From UHGV virus genome UHGV-0097970: DNA of 38,949 nucleotides, one strand, 5' to 3'. Of this stretch, positions 9,789-20,741 are shown piece after piece. The position numbers were made by a program, and so were the translations under genes. A model generated the notes under the pieces. The model was given only the letters and a program-made list of their open reading frames with translations, was not told the origin of the DNA and ran no database searches. Numbering within the stretch: the stretch's first letter is position 1; every line of letters begins with the position of its first letter. Source of the stretch: a virus.

Positions 9789-10481
9789 TTAAAACAACGA
9801 GCCAAGCAGACCAAGACCAGCACCGATACCAGCACCCCACGGAGTTGATAGCTCGAGAGCACTGGCTATGCCACCACCCAAAAGCGCACCGGATGCAGCA
9901 CCACTAACACCCTGCTGCAATGCTGACGGTCGGTTGGCGTTTGCAGCCGCCAGCGCCGCGCTTTGCTGTGAAATCTGGCTCATGTTGTTGGCATATGTTT
10001 GCCCGGCGTTTGCCTGCCCCTGAAGAGCGCCAAGACCGATATTTGCCAGGTTGTTGTAATTGTTCATTTGTCCAGATAGCCATTGCTGACCAAGCGTTGG
10101 TGCGATTGTTGCTAACTGATTACTGGTTGCGGTGGAACCCAATCCACCTGTTGCTTCCGCTGCCGCCAGACTCTGATAGCGAGCCTGACCTGCAAGGTCT
10201 TTATACTGCTGAGAGTTGTAATACTGGTTAAGTGCCTGACCTTGCCCCTCCAGAGACGATAAGTTCTCGAGGCTGCCGACATACTTCTCAGCCAGAGGAG
10301 TAAACGGCTTCAGGTTATTCATGATGGTGTTGAACTGCTGATTTTGCAGGTCTGCGGCATACTTCTGAGCTTCTGCTGCATACTTTGCGCTTTTATCAGA
10401 ACTGCCACCTTTCCCACCCTTTTCAGGGCAATAAGGTTCCTCGCCGCGCAGTTTTCTGCCCAGCTTAAATGCATATAACAT
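9789..10481 (-). CDS. Ejection protein, P22 gp7-like
   Basis: MLYAFKLGRKLRGEEP N-terminus as in P22 gp7; 230 aa; synteny. Confidence 0.8.
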   Translation of the reverse strand: MLYAFKLGRKLRGEEPYCPEKGGKGGSSDKSAKYAAEAQKYAADLQNQQFNTIMNNLKPFTPLAEKYVGSLENLSSLEGQGQALNQYYNSQQYKDLAGQARYQSLAAAEATGGLGSTATSNQLATIAPTLGQQWLSGQMNNYNNLANIGLGALQGQANAGQTYANNMSQISQQSAALAAANANRPSALQQGVSGAASGALLGGGIASALELSTPWGAGIGAGLGLLGSLF

Positions 10482-10483
10482 GG

Positions 10484-10939
10484 CTATCTCCCGTGATTCA
10501 GGAAGTCGATTAGTTCTTCGCGTGTTGCGCTGTAAAACGTCACGTCATCCACGCCTTTGAAGTATTTCTTGATGGTTCCTACACGCTTAAGACCAATCAT
10601 TGCGCAATACATCTGACCGTGGCGGAATTTGCGTGCGGCGAACGATGTGACGCACTGAACGGTGGTGTTAGTCAGAATATATCGCCAGAACGCCAGCCCG
10701 ATTTCCTTGCTGAATCCGCGAATCTCTGGCAGGTACATGGCGTGGCAATCGAATGTAAGCGGCTGAATCTCCTGATAGTAAACAATTCCGCCGAACTGAC
10801 CGTGCACGTTCACCTCAAAGTAACGGCATTCAGGTTTGTAGTCGTATCCATCGCCGTTGTTGCTCCCGGCGATAATGTCAGGGTGATTTCCGACTGCTTC
10901 TATCAGGTCGATGTTTCGCGTTGGTTTGAATGTAATCAT
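10484..10939 (-). CDS. P22 gp14-like protein (by synteny)
   Basis: 151-aa ORF between tail needle and gp7 genes, the position of P22 gene 14; sequence not independently recognised. Confidence 0.55.
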   Translation of the reverse strand: MITFKPTRNIDLIEAVGNHPDIIAGSNNGDGYDYKPECRYFEVNVHGQFGGIVYYQEIQPLTFDCHAMYLPEIRGFSKEIGLAFWRYILTNTTVQCVTSFAARKFRHGQMYCAMIGLKRVGTIKKYFKGVDDVTFYSATREELIDFLNHGR

Positions 10940-11640
10940 CAGTCAATCAGCCCATGTAATCTAAGTGCCGTTTCAAGCGCCAGAATACGCTGCCGCGCCT
11001 GCTGCAAACCTGTAGCGAGAGCTGCGACTTCGGATTGTGTGTACGTAGTGCCGACAGTGTATGACTGGTTAGCGTTGAATGAGCCAAGAAGTGGCGTACC
11101 TGTGGCTGTAGTCCATCCGGTATTTCTTGCTCCAACAACCTGAATTCCATCAACTGAATATGATGTTTTTACATCCAGCGGTGACGCAAGAGACTGCGAT
11201 TCGGTTACGGTTTTCGATACGTAATCACTCTTAATGTCAGATACATCGCTTTCTACGCCATCCAGTCTTTGGTCAACAGTGACCAGATGCGCCTGAATAT
11301 CGATAACCTCATCCAGCAAGTAATCAACATCGCTACGCAGTACGACTATCTTCCCTTCGGCGGTTGTTAACCTGACCTCAAGTAGATTTATCGCTTTTGT
11401 GTTTGCGGTGATTCTTGCGTCGTGATCAGCCAGTTCGACGTCCTGTTCATCGTTTTTCACCTGAGCATCGTAAGCGCCCTGACCAGCCTGATTTGCCTTC
11501 CCGGCAATTGCGCCGACATCAGCCCCCTGATTAATGACATACAACAGGTAAGACTGGCTGAATATATTGCGTGGAAGGATTGATGTATCGAGTCGTGTAG
11601 CCTGAATTGTTACCGGCTCATTGAGATTCGAATCCGCCAT
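10939..11640 (-). CDS. Tail needle protein, P22 gp26-like
   Basis: [36 protein letters not shown] and C-terminal ALRLHGLID match P22 gp26; 233 aa. Confidence 0.9.
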   Translation of the reverse strand: MADSNLNEPVTIQATRLDTSILPRNIFSQSYLLYVINQGADVGAIAGKANQAGQGAYDAQVKNDEQDVELADHDARITANTKAINLLEVRLTTAEGKIVVLRSDVDYLLDEVIDIQAHLVTVDQRLDGVESDVSDIKSDYVSKTVTESQSLASPLDVKTSYSVDGIQVVGARNTGWTTATGTPLLGSFNANQSYTVGTTYTQSEVAALATGLQQARQRILALETALRLHGLID

Positions 11641-13058
11641 TACTCAATCCTTATCTGGCAGCCAGACAGAGTGACAGGTGACTTCGTGATAACGCGCAAT
11701 TTGAAACCAATGTTTTTCCTGATGCGCCCTACTCGTTTCCACAAAACGCGTTTGTCGTAAACGAACGGTTCATTCTGCTCAATCATCTGCTCACGCCCAT
11801 AATTTATGCCGTCAGTGGTTGCAGAGAGGAACAGGCGGTCGGCGTACTGAGCTACGCCAGTGGATGATTCCACCTCCAGATCGAAGCATCTGGCGTTATC
11901 CGCTTTGAACAGTGGAGTAAACAGCAGGTGTTCCTGTTGAAGCCCATACTGACTGCTGATATCGAACTGCAATTTCCCGGTCACCGATTCCAGCTTATCG
12001 CCGCACGTTATCTGATTTCCTTCGTAAATGAAGTCGATAGCGCGGTACACATCGTCATACAAGCCTGTTTTCAGTACACACCATTGCGGACCATTGGCGC
12101 TTGAAGATGCGTCGTACACGAGAACATGGCGAGGAAGGTGGATAATCAGCAACTCATGAGCATCAAACCGCAGCGATTCCATCACACCATCAGCCAGTTC
12201 ATCAGCAGTGTAGGAGCGGAGGATTTTCTCAATGCTCGCGCTGGCAATTGGTGACACCTGACCGGAGCCGATGATATACACAGACGGCGCACCCGTTGCC
12301 GGATTGCTGATGAACGCATAGGAATCAGCAAACGGCGTTTTGCAGTAAGTTCCGGCAATGCCTTTTTGCACCATCAGTGATGGCTGTGCGACATACAAAG
12401 CAGCACCAACGGTGGTTGCGCCAGTCAGGGAGAAATATTCAATCGTCGATGAACCAAAGCAGACGATGAAGTCTCGCCATGTTCCGATGCCGATGATACC
12501 GTCCGGCTGCGATTCTGCGCGATATTGTGCGCTGTAACGGTCAGGATGTGATTCGTCTTCAGGGTCAGTGATAAACCATGAATCAGTTCCGTCTTTTGAC
12601 CACGCATAACGCCCACGTAAGCGCGTAATGTCACGAACAGAACCTATCTCATACTGCGTAAATCCGCTGTCTGTAGGCCAGTTTGAGACGGTTTTAACCG
12701 TGCCATCATAACGATACTCGACCAGTTGACCATTAACGCCTACTGCCTGTGATGTCCTACCATGCGCCATTGATACGCGACCACTTCCGGCAACATCACC
12801 GACCTCACTTTCGCCCTTATACAGTTTGCCACCACAAACGCGATAAACAGCATTCTGCGCCATGTTGTACTCAACTCCGCGCGATACGCCGTTCACATCA
12901 GAACGTTTGGCAATGCCCGGGAATGAGCGAAGATATCCGCTGCTGTTGAGTATTTCTTTGGGTGTAGCCAACATATTCACTGGCAGATAGTCGATATAGT
13001 CGGCGTTTCGAAAGTCTTTGCCGACACCTTTCATAAGCGGAAGTTGCTGAATCGGCAT
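11640..13058 (-). CDS. Tail hub protein, P22 gp10-like
   Basis: [48 protein letters not shown] near-identical to P22 gp10 from memory; 472 aa. Confidence 0.9.
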   Translation of the reverse strand: MPIQQLPLMKGVGKDFRNADYIDYLPVNMLATPKEILNSSGYLRSFPGIAKRSDVNGVSRGVEYNMAQNAVYRVCGGKLYKGESEVGDVAGSGRVSMAHGRTSQAVGVNGQLVEYRYDGTVKTVSNWPTDSGFTQYEIGSVRDITRLRGRYAWSKDGTDSWFITDPEDESHPDRYSAQYRAESQPDGIIGIGTWRDFIVCFGSSTIEYFSLTGATTVGAALYVAQPSLMVQKGIAGTYCKTPFADSYAFISNPATGAPSVYIIGSGQVSPIASASIEKILRSYTADELADGVMESLRFDAHELLIIHLPRHVLVYDASSSANGPQWCVLKTGLYDDVYRAIDFIYEGNQITCGDKLESVTGKLQFDISSQYGLQQEHLLFTPLFKADNARCFDLEVESSTGVAQYADRLFLSATTDGINYGREQMIEQNEPFVYDKRVLWKRVGRIRKNIGFKLRVITKSPVTLSGCQIRIE

Positions 13059-13067
13059 TTATTCACC

Positions 13068-13529
13068 TCACGTACTCGGATCACCTTTCTCGATGTAAAA
13101 CCGATTCCACGTAAACGCGCTTTTGTTACCACTACCGCGAGGCATGTCATTTCGCCGCTCAAGTGGTGGTATTTTGGTTAAAGCGATACAGATTGTCTGA
13201 TATGCACTGTCAGCAGCGGTAAGGAGAGCGTCTGACGGCTGAATGACGTTATCCATGCACACTTGCACAGCGAGTTTCAAAGCGACGCCATCATTTGCCC
13301 ATGCAGGGATACCTGAATCATCGTCAGGTAACGGCATGATGCCGTTTTCTGTATCAGCAAACTGATATCCAAGCTCGATACCTTTAGCCTGCCATGCTGC
13401 CATCATGTCTTCGAGGTCATTAATGGCATCTTCAATTGCCTGAGGGTCAGCATCTGTCAACGTGGCATTGGAATACAGCCCGGCTTTTCGTAAAGCCTTA
13501 AGAACGAGATCACCCTTCGTTTTCGCCAT
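13068..13529 (-). CDS. Head-to-tail adaptor, P22 gp4-like
   Basis: MAKTKGDLVLKALRKAGLYSNATLTDADPQ resembles P22 gp4 N-terminus; synteny after coat gene. Confidence 0.8.
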   Translation of the reverse strand: MAKTKGDLVLKALRKAGLYSNATLTDADPQAIEDAINDLEDMMAAWQAKGIELGYQFADTENGIMPLPDDDSGIPAWANDGVALKLAVQVCMDNVIQPSDALLTAADSAYQTICIALTKIPPLERRNDMPRGSGNKSAFTWNRFYIEKGDPST

Positions 13530-13698
13530 CTTCTTCCGCCTTAGCCACTTTATGCTTCGTTGCGGTTTCTTCAGGAGTTTTCACCCAGCCTTTTTTCAGG
13601 TGAGATTTAACTTCTTCGTCATCAACAATGATGTAATCGACAGCAAACTGACCACAGGTGATCATGTTGCCAGGCTTATAGAGCATTGTTCGTGCCAT
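13510..13698 (-). CDS. Hypothetical small protein
   Basis: 62-aa ORF (MARTMLYKPGNMITCGQFAVDYIIVDDEE...) with GGGAGAAG RBS, immediately after the post-coat terminator. Confidence 0.5.
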   Translation of the reverse strand: MARTMLYKPGNMITCGQFAVDYIIVDDEEVKSHLKKGWVKTPEETATKHKVAKAEEDGENEG

Positions 13699-13708
13699 TG
13701 TCTTCTCC

Positions 13709-13734
13709 CAATAAAAATGGGGCCGAAGCCCCAC
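13709..13734 (-). terminator. Intrinsic terminator after coat gene
   Basis: Minus strand GGGGC-ttcg-GCCCC followed by ATTTTTATT, 5 nt after the coat stop. Confidence 0.65.
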
Positions 13735-13739
13735 CAAAA

Positions 13740-14993
13740 TTACTGCCCGGCAATAACGATGCCCGTATATTCAGGAACAAGTACAGAGCAACCATACAGA
13801 GTGGTGAAACGAGCAGTGGTTACGCCTTTGATGTGGTCGAAGGCGTAAGACATGATCAGCGTAGCGCCCTGCTCGGTGGTTGCCGTCATTACCTGTGGCC
13901 CCTGACCAGTTGGGAACGCCAGTTTGCCGTACATCAGTTCAACAGAACCATCAGCCCAGAACAGGTTAGCCGGTGCGGCATTTTTGTTGAGAATGGTGAT
14001 TGCTGCGCTACTTGCCGCGTTAGCATCAACGTTTGCATATGGTCGGCTGGCGACATCCGCGTTGTCAGGCGGCAGAATTTTCGGGGAGATAGTTACTGTC
14101 GTTCCGCTTACTGCCAGAACGCGGAATACCTGCGGCTGCCCGGTGGTATCTTTGGTGATCTGGTGTACGGAATTCACGCCAGCAATAGTGAACGCATCGC
14201 CAACCTGCAAACCAGATGCAGATACCGTAATGGTCCCCTGTCGGTTATCCACTGGCATATCGTTGGCATCTTTCGCTTCAACCTTGTGCGCAGGTGCTGC
14301 TGCCAGCGTAATGGGAGTTGCTGTACCCTTCGGAACACGACCAGAAATATCGGTCTTGTAGCTATCAAAGGAAGCAACCGGAGGGATCTGCGCTTTTTCG
14401 TATGCTGTCAGGGTTGCGCCCTGAGCATAGGCACGGTGACCAAGCTCGCCAGCAAGGTCTTTGTAGTTGAAGGGGTTCCAGAAAGAGCGACGGTTGATAC
14501 CCTGAGGTACACCAATCGCCGTCATGGTGGCATCAATACCTGCCGCACAGTTCCACAAATCACGGCCCTGTGAACCAGTGGTTGAGTCAGCCATTGTGAT
14601 CACGTTAGTAGCACGCTGCGTGACCATGGAAATCAGGTCAGAGTCAATCTGTGCAGCAAGGCGCATACCTGCGGCGCGACCAGCTTCAGTTTTATGTTCC
14701 GGGTCACGCATTTCACGCGCATCCAGAGTGTACAGAATGTTTTTCGGCTCCTTGAACACAGAAGGAACAAGGCGCTGAACCAGTGCTGTTGGCGTTTTTC
14801 TGCTGAGGTCGAGGCCTTCCTCAATATTCATGTGGTAATGCTGCGGACGATACAGAACATCACCTGCTCGCTGCATTGCTGTATCACCGGGACGGAATTT
14901 TTTAGCGTTACGGGAAACTACGCAGGCGGCCTCAAAGCCTTCAACGTAGTTTTCGAACATGATTTCAAGGTCTTTTGCTAATTGGTTAGCCAT
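13740..14993 (-). CDS. Major capsid (coat) protein, P22 gp5-like
   Basis: 417 aa between scaffold and gp4-like genes, followed by terminator; synteny with P22 gene 5. Confidence 0.85.
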   Translation of the reverse strand: MANQLAKDLEIMFENYVEGFEAACVVSRNAKKFRPGDTAMQRAGDVLYRPQHYHMNIEEGLDLSRKTPTALVQRLVPSVFKEPKNILYTLDAREMRDPEHKTEAGRAAGMRLAAQIDSDLISMVTQRATNVITMADSTTGSQGRDLWNCAAGIDATMTAIGVPQGINRRSFWNPFNYKDLAGELGHRAYAQGATLTAYEKAQIPPVASFDSYKTDISGRVPKGTATPITLAAAPAHKVEAKDANDMPVDNRQGTITVSASGLQVGDAFTIAGVNSVHQITKDTTGQPQVFRVLAVSGTTVTISPKILPPDNADVASRPYANVDANAASSAAITILNKNAAPANLFWADGSVELMYGKLAFPTGQGPQVMTATTEQGATLIMSYAFDHIKGVTTARFTTLYGCSVLVPEYTGIVIAGQ

Positions 14994-15011
14994 GCTTAAT
15001 GCTCCGATAGG

Positions 15012-15905
15012 TTATTTTTTTGCCTTTTTAGCGGCGAAATATGGCGTCCAGTCACCAGTTTCCAGCGCCTTGGCTTTCAGTTTGTCGAGGTTGTTGATTA
15101 CTGCGCCGTTGCTCCCCTTAACTGTCGGGGTTGTGGCTGCCGTGGTTTTTGCTTTTGGCATGATTCTGGCCTTCGATTCGATACGTTCCAGCAGACGACC
15201 AATTGCTACGGGGTTGGTAGCTTCTGCCAGTTGCTTGCGCAGTTCAGCGTTGCGACCGAGCGCCAGAACAACGATTTCCGGCTTCTCTGACTCAAACAGG
15301 ATCGCGTTTTGTGTCTCGATGGGAATTTCCTCGAGTACGGCCTGCTCAGCTTCCTGATAGCCAGGAACTTTGAGAGCCTTAACACGTTGCTGATATTTGG
15401 ATAATCGCTCTTGATAGGCAGCCTGAAGCTCCTGCTCCTTCTGCTTGCGAGCCATCTCCTGTTGCTGGTACTTGCCGTTATCCTCTGCCCACTTAGCCAT
15501 GCGTTGCTGGTAGATTTCTTCATCGAAACCGATGTCCTCATCGTCCAGTTTTGGCATTCGCGGTGGTTGAGTGATTACCGGCTGCTGCTCGACGGGTTTC
15601 TGAGACTGACGCATCAGCTCTTTCAGCTCGCGGTCTTTCTCTTTAATCGTCTTGCGCAGGTGTTTTACCAGTCCATGCTCTGCGCTATCTTCGCTGGTTG
15701 GCGAATCCAGCTTTTCGTCACCAAAGTAGAATTCCTGCTCTGATTCGTCGTCATCAGTTTCAGTAGTTTCCTCTGCATCATTGCCGGAGGACTCACTGCC
15801 ATCTTCTGTTTCGACTTCTTCAGCCAGTTCGACATCATCAGGAATCTGCTCTGACGCGTCGGTTTCGATTTCAACTTCTGGTGTGTTTTCTGCCATCTGG
15901 TCCAT
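15012..15905 (-). CDS. Scaffolding protein
   Basis: 297 aa, highly acidic N-terminus and charged helical C-terminus; between portal and coat. Confidence 0.8.
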   Translation of the reverse strand: MDQMAENTPEVEIETDASEQIPDDVELAEEVETEDGSESSGNDAEETTETDDDESEQEFYFGDEKLDSPTSEDSAEHGLVKHLRKTIKEKDRELKELMRQSQKPVEQQPVITQPPRMPKLDDEDIGFDEEIYQQRMAKWAEDNGKYQQQEMARKQKEQELQAAYQERLSKYQQRVKALKVPGYQEAEQAVLEEIPIETQNAILFESEKPEIVVLALGRNAELRKQLAEATNPVAIGRLLERIESKARIMPKAKTTAATTPTVKGSNGAVINNLDKLKAKALETGDWTPYFAAKKAKK

Positions 15906-15995
15906 TTGTTACCCCTGTTTACTCGATGTTCAGCCCATCGGAAGGCAATAGGGTGCCAGGCCTCATAAAGACAGCCATTGCACGTTATGGGTTAA

Positions 15996-18194
15996 TTACT
16001 GCTGTGGTTGTTGCTGAGTTGATTTTTGCAGGATACTGCTGATGTCCATGCGCTGCGCATGGCCCTGCGCCTGACTTTTCAGGACAAGCTCTGCATCAGC
16101 ACGGGCATTATCTCCTTGCTGTTGCTGGAACTGTCCGAGCAGTTTCAGAGCCTCGCGGATATCAGATTTCTGCTGACTATCGGCAGATGCGAGTATTTTC
16201 ACAACATTTGCCGCTGCAACCTGAGCATCAGTCTGTGCCTGGAATGCTTTAACCTGAATGGCTGCCTGTTCGTTCTGCGCTTTCTGCAATTCAGCCTGAC
16301 CAGCAAGAAGCTGACCTTGCGCTGCAACCATAGCCGGATCTGGCTGACTGGCCTGTTGTTGTTTCGCCTGTTCAACCATCTGCTGTTCTTCAGGCGTTCT
16401 CGGCTTGATAACGCCAGACAGAAGCAACTGATTGCGGTTATATTCTTTCAGGTCGTCCATCCCTTCGCCGTCCATATTGTCGAGAATCATCGACGATACA
16501 AGGTCGTGCTTCGGCGTTCCTGGTGGGATAAGTGCCAGCATGGAAAGTAACGACTTAACCGTTGCATCACGGCGAGTAGCGAACGACTGACCAACATCGA
16601 CAGTCACTTCATAGTTGCCCTGCGAAAGGTCATTAAGCGCGATAACCTGCCCTGTCTGACGGTCAACCACTTCACCGGTCATCAGCGCCACGTCATCGCT
16701 GCCGTCCTCATTAACGATACGCATCGGCGTATCACTGCCATAGACCTCACGCGCCATAGAAAGCCACACAACGCCAGCGCGACGCATGGATTTAGCCATG
16801 TTGTCCATGTAGATATATGACTGCGTGTCCATCCTGTTAAAGATGCTATCAACGGTATCGGTAGCGACGTTGCTCGGCATGTTCTCAAGCTGCGACGCAC
16901 CTGTAATTTGCTGAATAGCCGTTCCGGTGTACTGCAATAGCCCGGCAAGAGCTGGAGGCATTTGTGTCGGAGGCGTATAACTGCTGACCTGAGCCTGCGC
17001 AGTAATATCTCCGTTTTTGTTTTTCAGACTGACCATCGGCAGGAACGCCGGGCGCTTTTTGTTGCGCTCCGCCCAATGAGTGGCGAGAGGACCAGGAATC
17101 ATGTCAACATCAACTACAGGAATGCCATCACCGCCAGCCTGAGTAGCGTTATCTGCAATCATGGAAACCATCAGGTTCTCAAGACGCTGTGCATCCATCG
17201 CTTTTGCTGCGTGGCCTTCGATTCGTTCCTGATTATCAACAAATGAGCGACGTCCATATACCGGGATGAGAGGAATATGTTCGCCCGGAATACGCTTCGG
17301 TTCTTCCAGCCATTCAGCGCCAGACAGAAGGCCGCAATAAACGCGGCGTTTCTTCACCGTTCGCTCGCCAATCAGTTCGAATGCACCATCGGTCAGCTCG
17401 TCGACAATATCTTTGATTTGCTCTTCATCATAGATTGCCGTTTCTCCGCTAACAGGGTTGCGCCATGCCGTGAGCTTCACCTTCTCTATGCGAACTTCGT
17501 AGTAGCGCCCAACATAGATGGCATCTGGCGTTGACCAGTCATATTGAGTGCCAGTCTCATCACGAGAAAGGCCTGCCGCGATGGAATCAGGGTATTCAGC
17601 CTCGAACGCTTTAGGCGTCATGGAGAACATTTCCATAGCCCACATAGCATCAGAACGGTCATATTGCTTGCTGTCCTGATCGAAGAAGACGCATGTCGCT
17701 GGGTCGTAAACAGGAAGAAGGCTGATGCGTCGCTGCTCGTTACTTGGGTCCATTTCATCTTCGTAATCGGCACACATGCGGAAACAACCGAATCCGCCCG
17801 TTACAGCATCATCAAATGCGTTATCACACGCTTCTCCACCGGATGTTTCCTGATAGTCAGCGCGGAATTTGCCGTTCATCTTTTCGGCTAACGCTTCCGA
17901 TGCCTTATCGTCCTTCGGCCTGAATTTAACGCTGATGCGATTCTGTCGATACTCGCCAATGATGCGATCACATTCACGGGCAATCTTATTCAGTTCAAAG
18001 CGCGGATAATGCTCAAACCTGCCTTCATCAAATGAGTAACCAGCGTTTGTACTGCCTTCCCACTGTGCGCCGGATACCCGGACGAAACGTTGAGCCTCAA
18101 TAATCTGCTCACGCATATCCTGCGTTGCTGACCAGGCATTATCAAAGTTGCACAGCACCTTGCGATGCCAGTCAGTCATCTTTTTTTCTGCCAT
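15996..18194 (-). CDS. Portal protein, P22 gp1-like
   Basis: 732 aa; motifs shared with P22 portal (GEHIPLIPVYG, TPEEQQ, DPAMVAAQGQLLAGQAELQKAQNEQ); follows large terminase. Confidence 0.9.
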   Translation of the reverse strand: MAEKKMTDWHRKVLCNFDNAWSATQDMREQIIEAQRFVRVSGAQWEGSTNAGYSFDEGRFEHYPRFELNKIARECDRIIGEYRQNRISVKFRPKDDKASEALAEKMNGKFRADYQETSGGEACDNAFDDAVTGGFGCFRMCADYEDEMDPSNEQRRISLLPVYDPATCVFFDQDSKQYDRSDAMWAMEMFSMTPKAFEAEYPDSIAAGLSRDETGTQYDWSTPDAIYVGRYYEVRIEKVKLTAWRNPVSGETAIYDEEQIKDIVDELTDGAFELIGERTVKKRRVYCGLLSGAEWLEEPKRIPGEHIPLIPVYGRRSFVDNQERIEGHAAKAMDAQRLENLMVSMIADNATQAGGDGIPVVDVDMIPGPLATHWAERNKKRPAFLPMVSLKNKNGDITAQAQVSSYTPPTQMPPALAGLLQYTGTAIQQITGASQLENMPSNVATDTVDSIFNRMDTQSYIYMDNMAKSMRRAGVVWLSMAREVYGSDTPMRIVNEDGSDDVALMTGEVVDRQTGQVIALNDLSQGNYEVTVDVGQSFATRRDATVKSLLSMLALIPPGTPKHDLVSSMILDNMDGEGMDDLKEYNRNQLLLSGVIKPRTPEEQQMVEQAKQQQASQPDPAMVAAQGQLLAGQAELQKAQNEQAAIQVKAFQAQTDAQVAAANVVKILASADSQQKSDIREALKLLGQFQQQQGDNARADAELVLKSQAQGHAQRMDISSILQKSTQQQPQQ

Positions 18195-18195
18195 A

Positions 18196-19611
18196 TCAAC
18201 CTACACCACAAGGAATTGAGTAACTGGAATAGTCGGGTTGCGCAGCCGACTCCGGGCAATGCATACACATCATCAGCGCATCAGCCAGGTTAGGAGATGG
18301 AATACCGAGCTTCTGCTTCATTTCGACCTTAGTCATAAGCTCCAGCTTCCCGTTGTTATTGAATTTGCGCTGAATCTGCGTCAGTTCTGCAAACAGCTTC
18401 TCCAGCATCTTCTCGCCTATTGCTTCTTTGTCGAAACTCAGCATGTCGTCGGGGTCTGCATACTCACCGTGGACAACCGCCCGATATGTCAGATACAGCC
18501 TGTCAGCCAGCGCGTAATAGAATTGCGCTCGCTTATTGCGGAACACATCGCCAATAGTGCGAACGTTGTCGCCCTGCACGACTTCATCAGCCCATGCTCC
18601 GGCCTGATAAGGCGCATCCTCATCGAATGGCGATTCGCTGCCCTTGAACATCGTGGCGGTGATTTTCTTACCGGAGAACGCTTCCGTTGTCTGTCTGCGT
18701 AGACCTGCACCAACACCATCACCATCCCACAAGTAGTGGTCAGCGCCGTCTTCAATCGCCAGAGAAGTAGCCCAGTCAGCACCCTCGTTGATGTCCATCA
18801 GCAGACCTTCGGCAATGCGCTTAACTACCGAACCGTGACGCGATGCGTAACCTTTAGCATCTGGCCCTGTATCTGATGGGTCATGCGCAGAAACAACCGC
18901 GCCTTTCGCTTTCCATCCGAGTTTCTTGTGCGCATCGGTAGCAGCTTCAAGCCATTCACGTTTGATGATTGCCATATCACTTGCGCTCACTGGCTCACCC
19001 AGCCAGATGTGACGATACAGTGTCGGATTTCTGCGTTTGCACTCTTCCATCTCCAGACGGAGAACTTCAGGAAAGTGCGGGTTGTCGGTGTAGTTCACCG
19101 TCAGCAGACAAATATCATCTGGAGGATTTACGACGAACCGCTGATAGGTATCGTCGAGGATGTTCTTCGGGTTAAAGCTCACCCATATTTCGGAAAATGG
19201 CTTACGGATGGTTGGTATCAGGATATCCCATGATTCCTTCGTTACCGCTTCCGCTTCTTCCACCCAGCAGATATCAATGCCTTCGAGCGATTTAATCTTC
19301 GTCGGGTTGTTTTTTATGCCGTAGAACATGAATTCAGCATTCGTTCCGAGATGACGAATCATTGAACGCTGAATTTCAAACTCAGCCGAATACCCTTCCC
19401 GCTCGATGGTATCTTCAAGCAACCGGATTACCGAATCGCTGATACTGTTTTGCAGTTCACGAGCGCAGAGAATACGCACAGGCTGCCGGCGCGCCGCTTC
19501 AACAAGCAGCCTCGCAATTGCCCATGACTTACCGCTACCTCGACCGCCTTTGGCGACTTTGTAGCGATGCGCCTCAATGAACGGTTCAAAGATAGGATTA
19601 ATCGAGGTCAT
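18196..19611 (-). CDS. Terminase large subunit
   Basis: Walker A KVAKGGRGSGKS near N-terminus; 471 aa; between small terminase and portal. Confidence 0.9.
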   Translation of the reverse strand: MTSINPIFEPFIEAHRYKVAKGGRGSGKSWAIARLLVEAARRQPVRILCARELQNSISDSVIRLLEDTIEREGYSAEFEIQRSMIRHLGTNAEFMFYGIKNNPTKIKSLEGIDICWVEEAEAVTKESWDILIPTIRKPFSEIWVSFNPKNILDDTYQRFVVNPPDDICLLTVNYTDNPHFPEVLRLEMEECKRRNPTLYRHIWLGEPVSASDMAIIKREWLEAATDAHKKLGWKAKGAVVSAHDPSDTGPDAKGYASRHGSVVKRIAEGLLMDINEGADWATSLAIEDGADHYLWDGDGVGAGLRRQTTEAFSGKKITATMFKGSESPFDEDAPYQAGAWADEVVQGDNVRTIGDVFRNKRAQFYYALADRLYLTYRAVVHGEYADPDDMLSFDKEAIGEKMLEKLFAELTQIQRKFNNNGKLELMTKVEMKQKLGIPSPNLADALMMCMHCPESAAQPDYSSYSIPCGVG

Positions 19612-20048
19612 TTTCCGAATAGAGTACTCATCGGTGATGTTTCAATCTGGATTGCGCCGCCGTCTTTGCCGGTTAGCTCGTGATCAACCTTGTCGCGCCA
19701 TTTATCCTTCTGTCGATTCTTAAGCCAGAAGATGGCAGCGGTTGTATCAGGCGGGTAATACTTCTCAAGCGGAGTTTCGACAATTCTGTTTTCAATAACA
19801 CGAATATCGATGTCTGGAGCCACGAAGCCCATAGCGCGTTGATAAAGACGATCACTAACTTCTGCATCAGCGACGGCCTTACCCTTTTTTAGGGACTCCG
19901 AAAACTTAGGATAATCAAGCTTCCACTTGTTAATAGTTGACTCACTGACTTCGAAGAAATCAGCAAGCTCTGCATCGGTGTAGCCCAGCAAGCACAGTTT
20001 GCGTGCCTGTTCGGCGTATGCCTCTTGATACTTTGTTGGGCGCGCCAT
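19608..20048 (-). CDS. Terminase small subunit
   Basis: 146 aa immediately upstream of and overlapping large terminase; C-terminus TGKDGGAIQIETSPMSTLFGK resembles Sf6-type small terminase from memory. Confidence 0.7.
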   Translation of the reverse strand: MARPTKYQEAYAEQARKLCLLGYTDAELADFFEVSESTINKWKLDYPKFSESLKKGKAVADAEVSDRLYQRAMGFVAPDIDIRVIENRIVETPLEKYYPPDTTAAIFWLKNRQKDKWRDKVDHELTGKDGGAIQIETSPMSTLFGK

Positions 20049-20050
20049 GT

Positions 20051-20293
20051 TTATGCTCCGGTAGTGAACAGGTCTAACGCTTCCTTCGATTTACGCACCG
20101 CTTCAAATGTGCGGATCGTGATATCTGAATTAGCGCCGCCTGACTGGAAGTGAATTTTGAATAGCTCAAGCTTCAGCTCGTCAGTGCCAATGAACTGAAA
20201 TGCTTCTTCTGCGGCTGCGTTCTGGTTCATGACCAGTTTGTAAATCTCTAACTGGAATTTCTGTTCTTCAGTCATGGGAATAATCTCTGCCAT
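20051..20293 (-). CDS. Hypothetical protein
   Basis: 80-aa ORF directly upstream of small terminase. Confidence 0.5.
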   Translation of the reverse strand: MAEIIPMTEEQKFQLEIYKLVMNQNAAAEEAFQFIGTDELKLELFKIHFQSGGANSDITIRTFEAVRKSKEALDLFTTGA

Positions 20294-20741
20294 TGTTGGC
20301 TCCGTTTATCCGTTAAAAGGGATATCAGTTAAGTTATCCCGTGTAGGGTATAAGCCATTGTCGAGACCACTCATTGAATGGTCTCTGCAATAACCGATGT
20401 CTTTCCATCAGTCCGCCACCACAAAGAATCTTTTTTGCCATCAGGCAGGAGGTTCATCTTTCAGTGGCTGCCAGTGTTATTTCCCCACTTACTGGCTTTG
20501 GTTGTTTCGCTGTACTGCCGTAACTGGTTACCCAGAATAAATTCCGGTTTCATTATCAAGCCCACCAGTAGATAGGCTTTGTAATGAACTGGCTCTTATC
20601 TCAACGCAACCCCCTTACCGCGCGCCAGATGCTCAATATCAAGCATCAGCAATGAGATGTTTAATCTGGATTCACTCCAGAAGTGATCACCACCCTGTCT
20701 ACAGAGCCAGATGTGAAGGATGATGAGTAAAATTATCGCTA

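Noticed and set aside
13686-14573. 295-aa + strand ORF, plus 13924-14361 and other long antisense ORFs across the structural genes.
   Set aside because: They lie antisense to strongly supported P22-like genes (coat, portal, terminase) with Cys/Arg-rich low-complexity translations; typical shadow ORFs.
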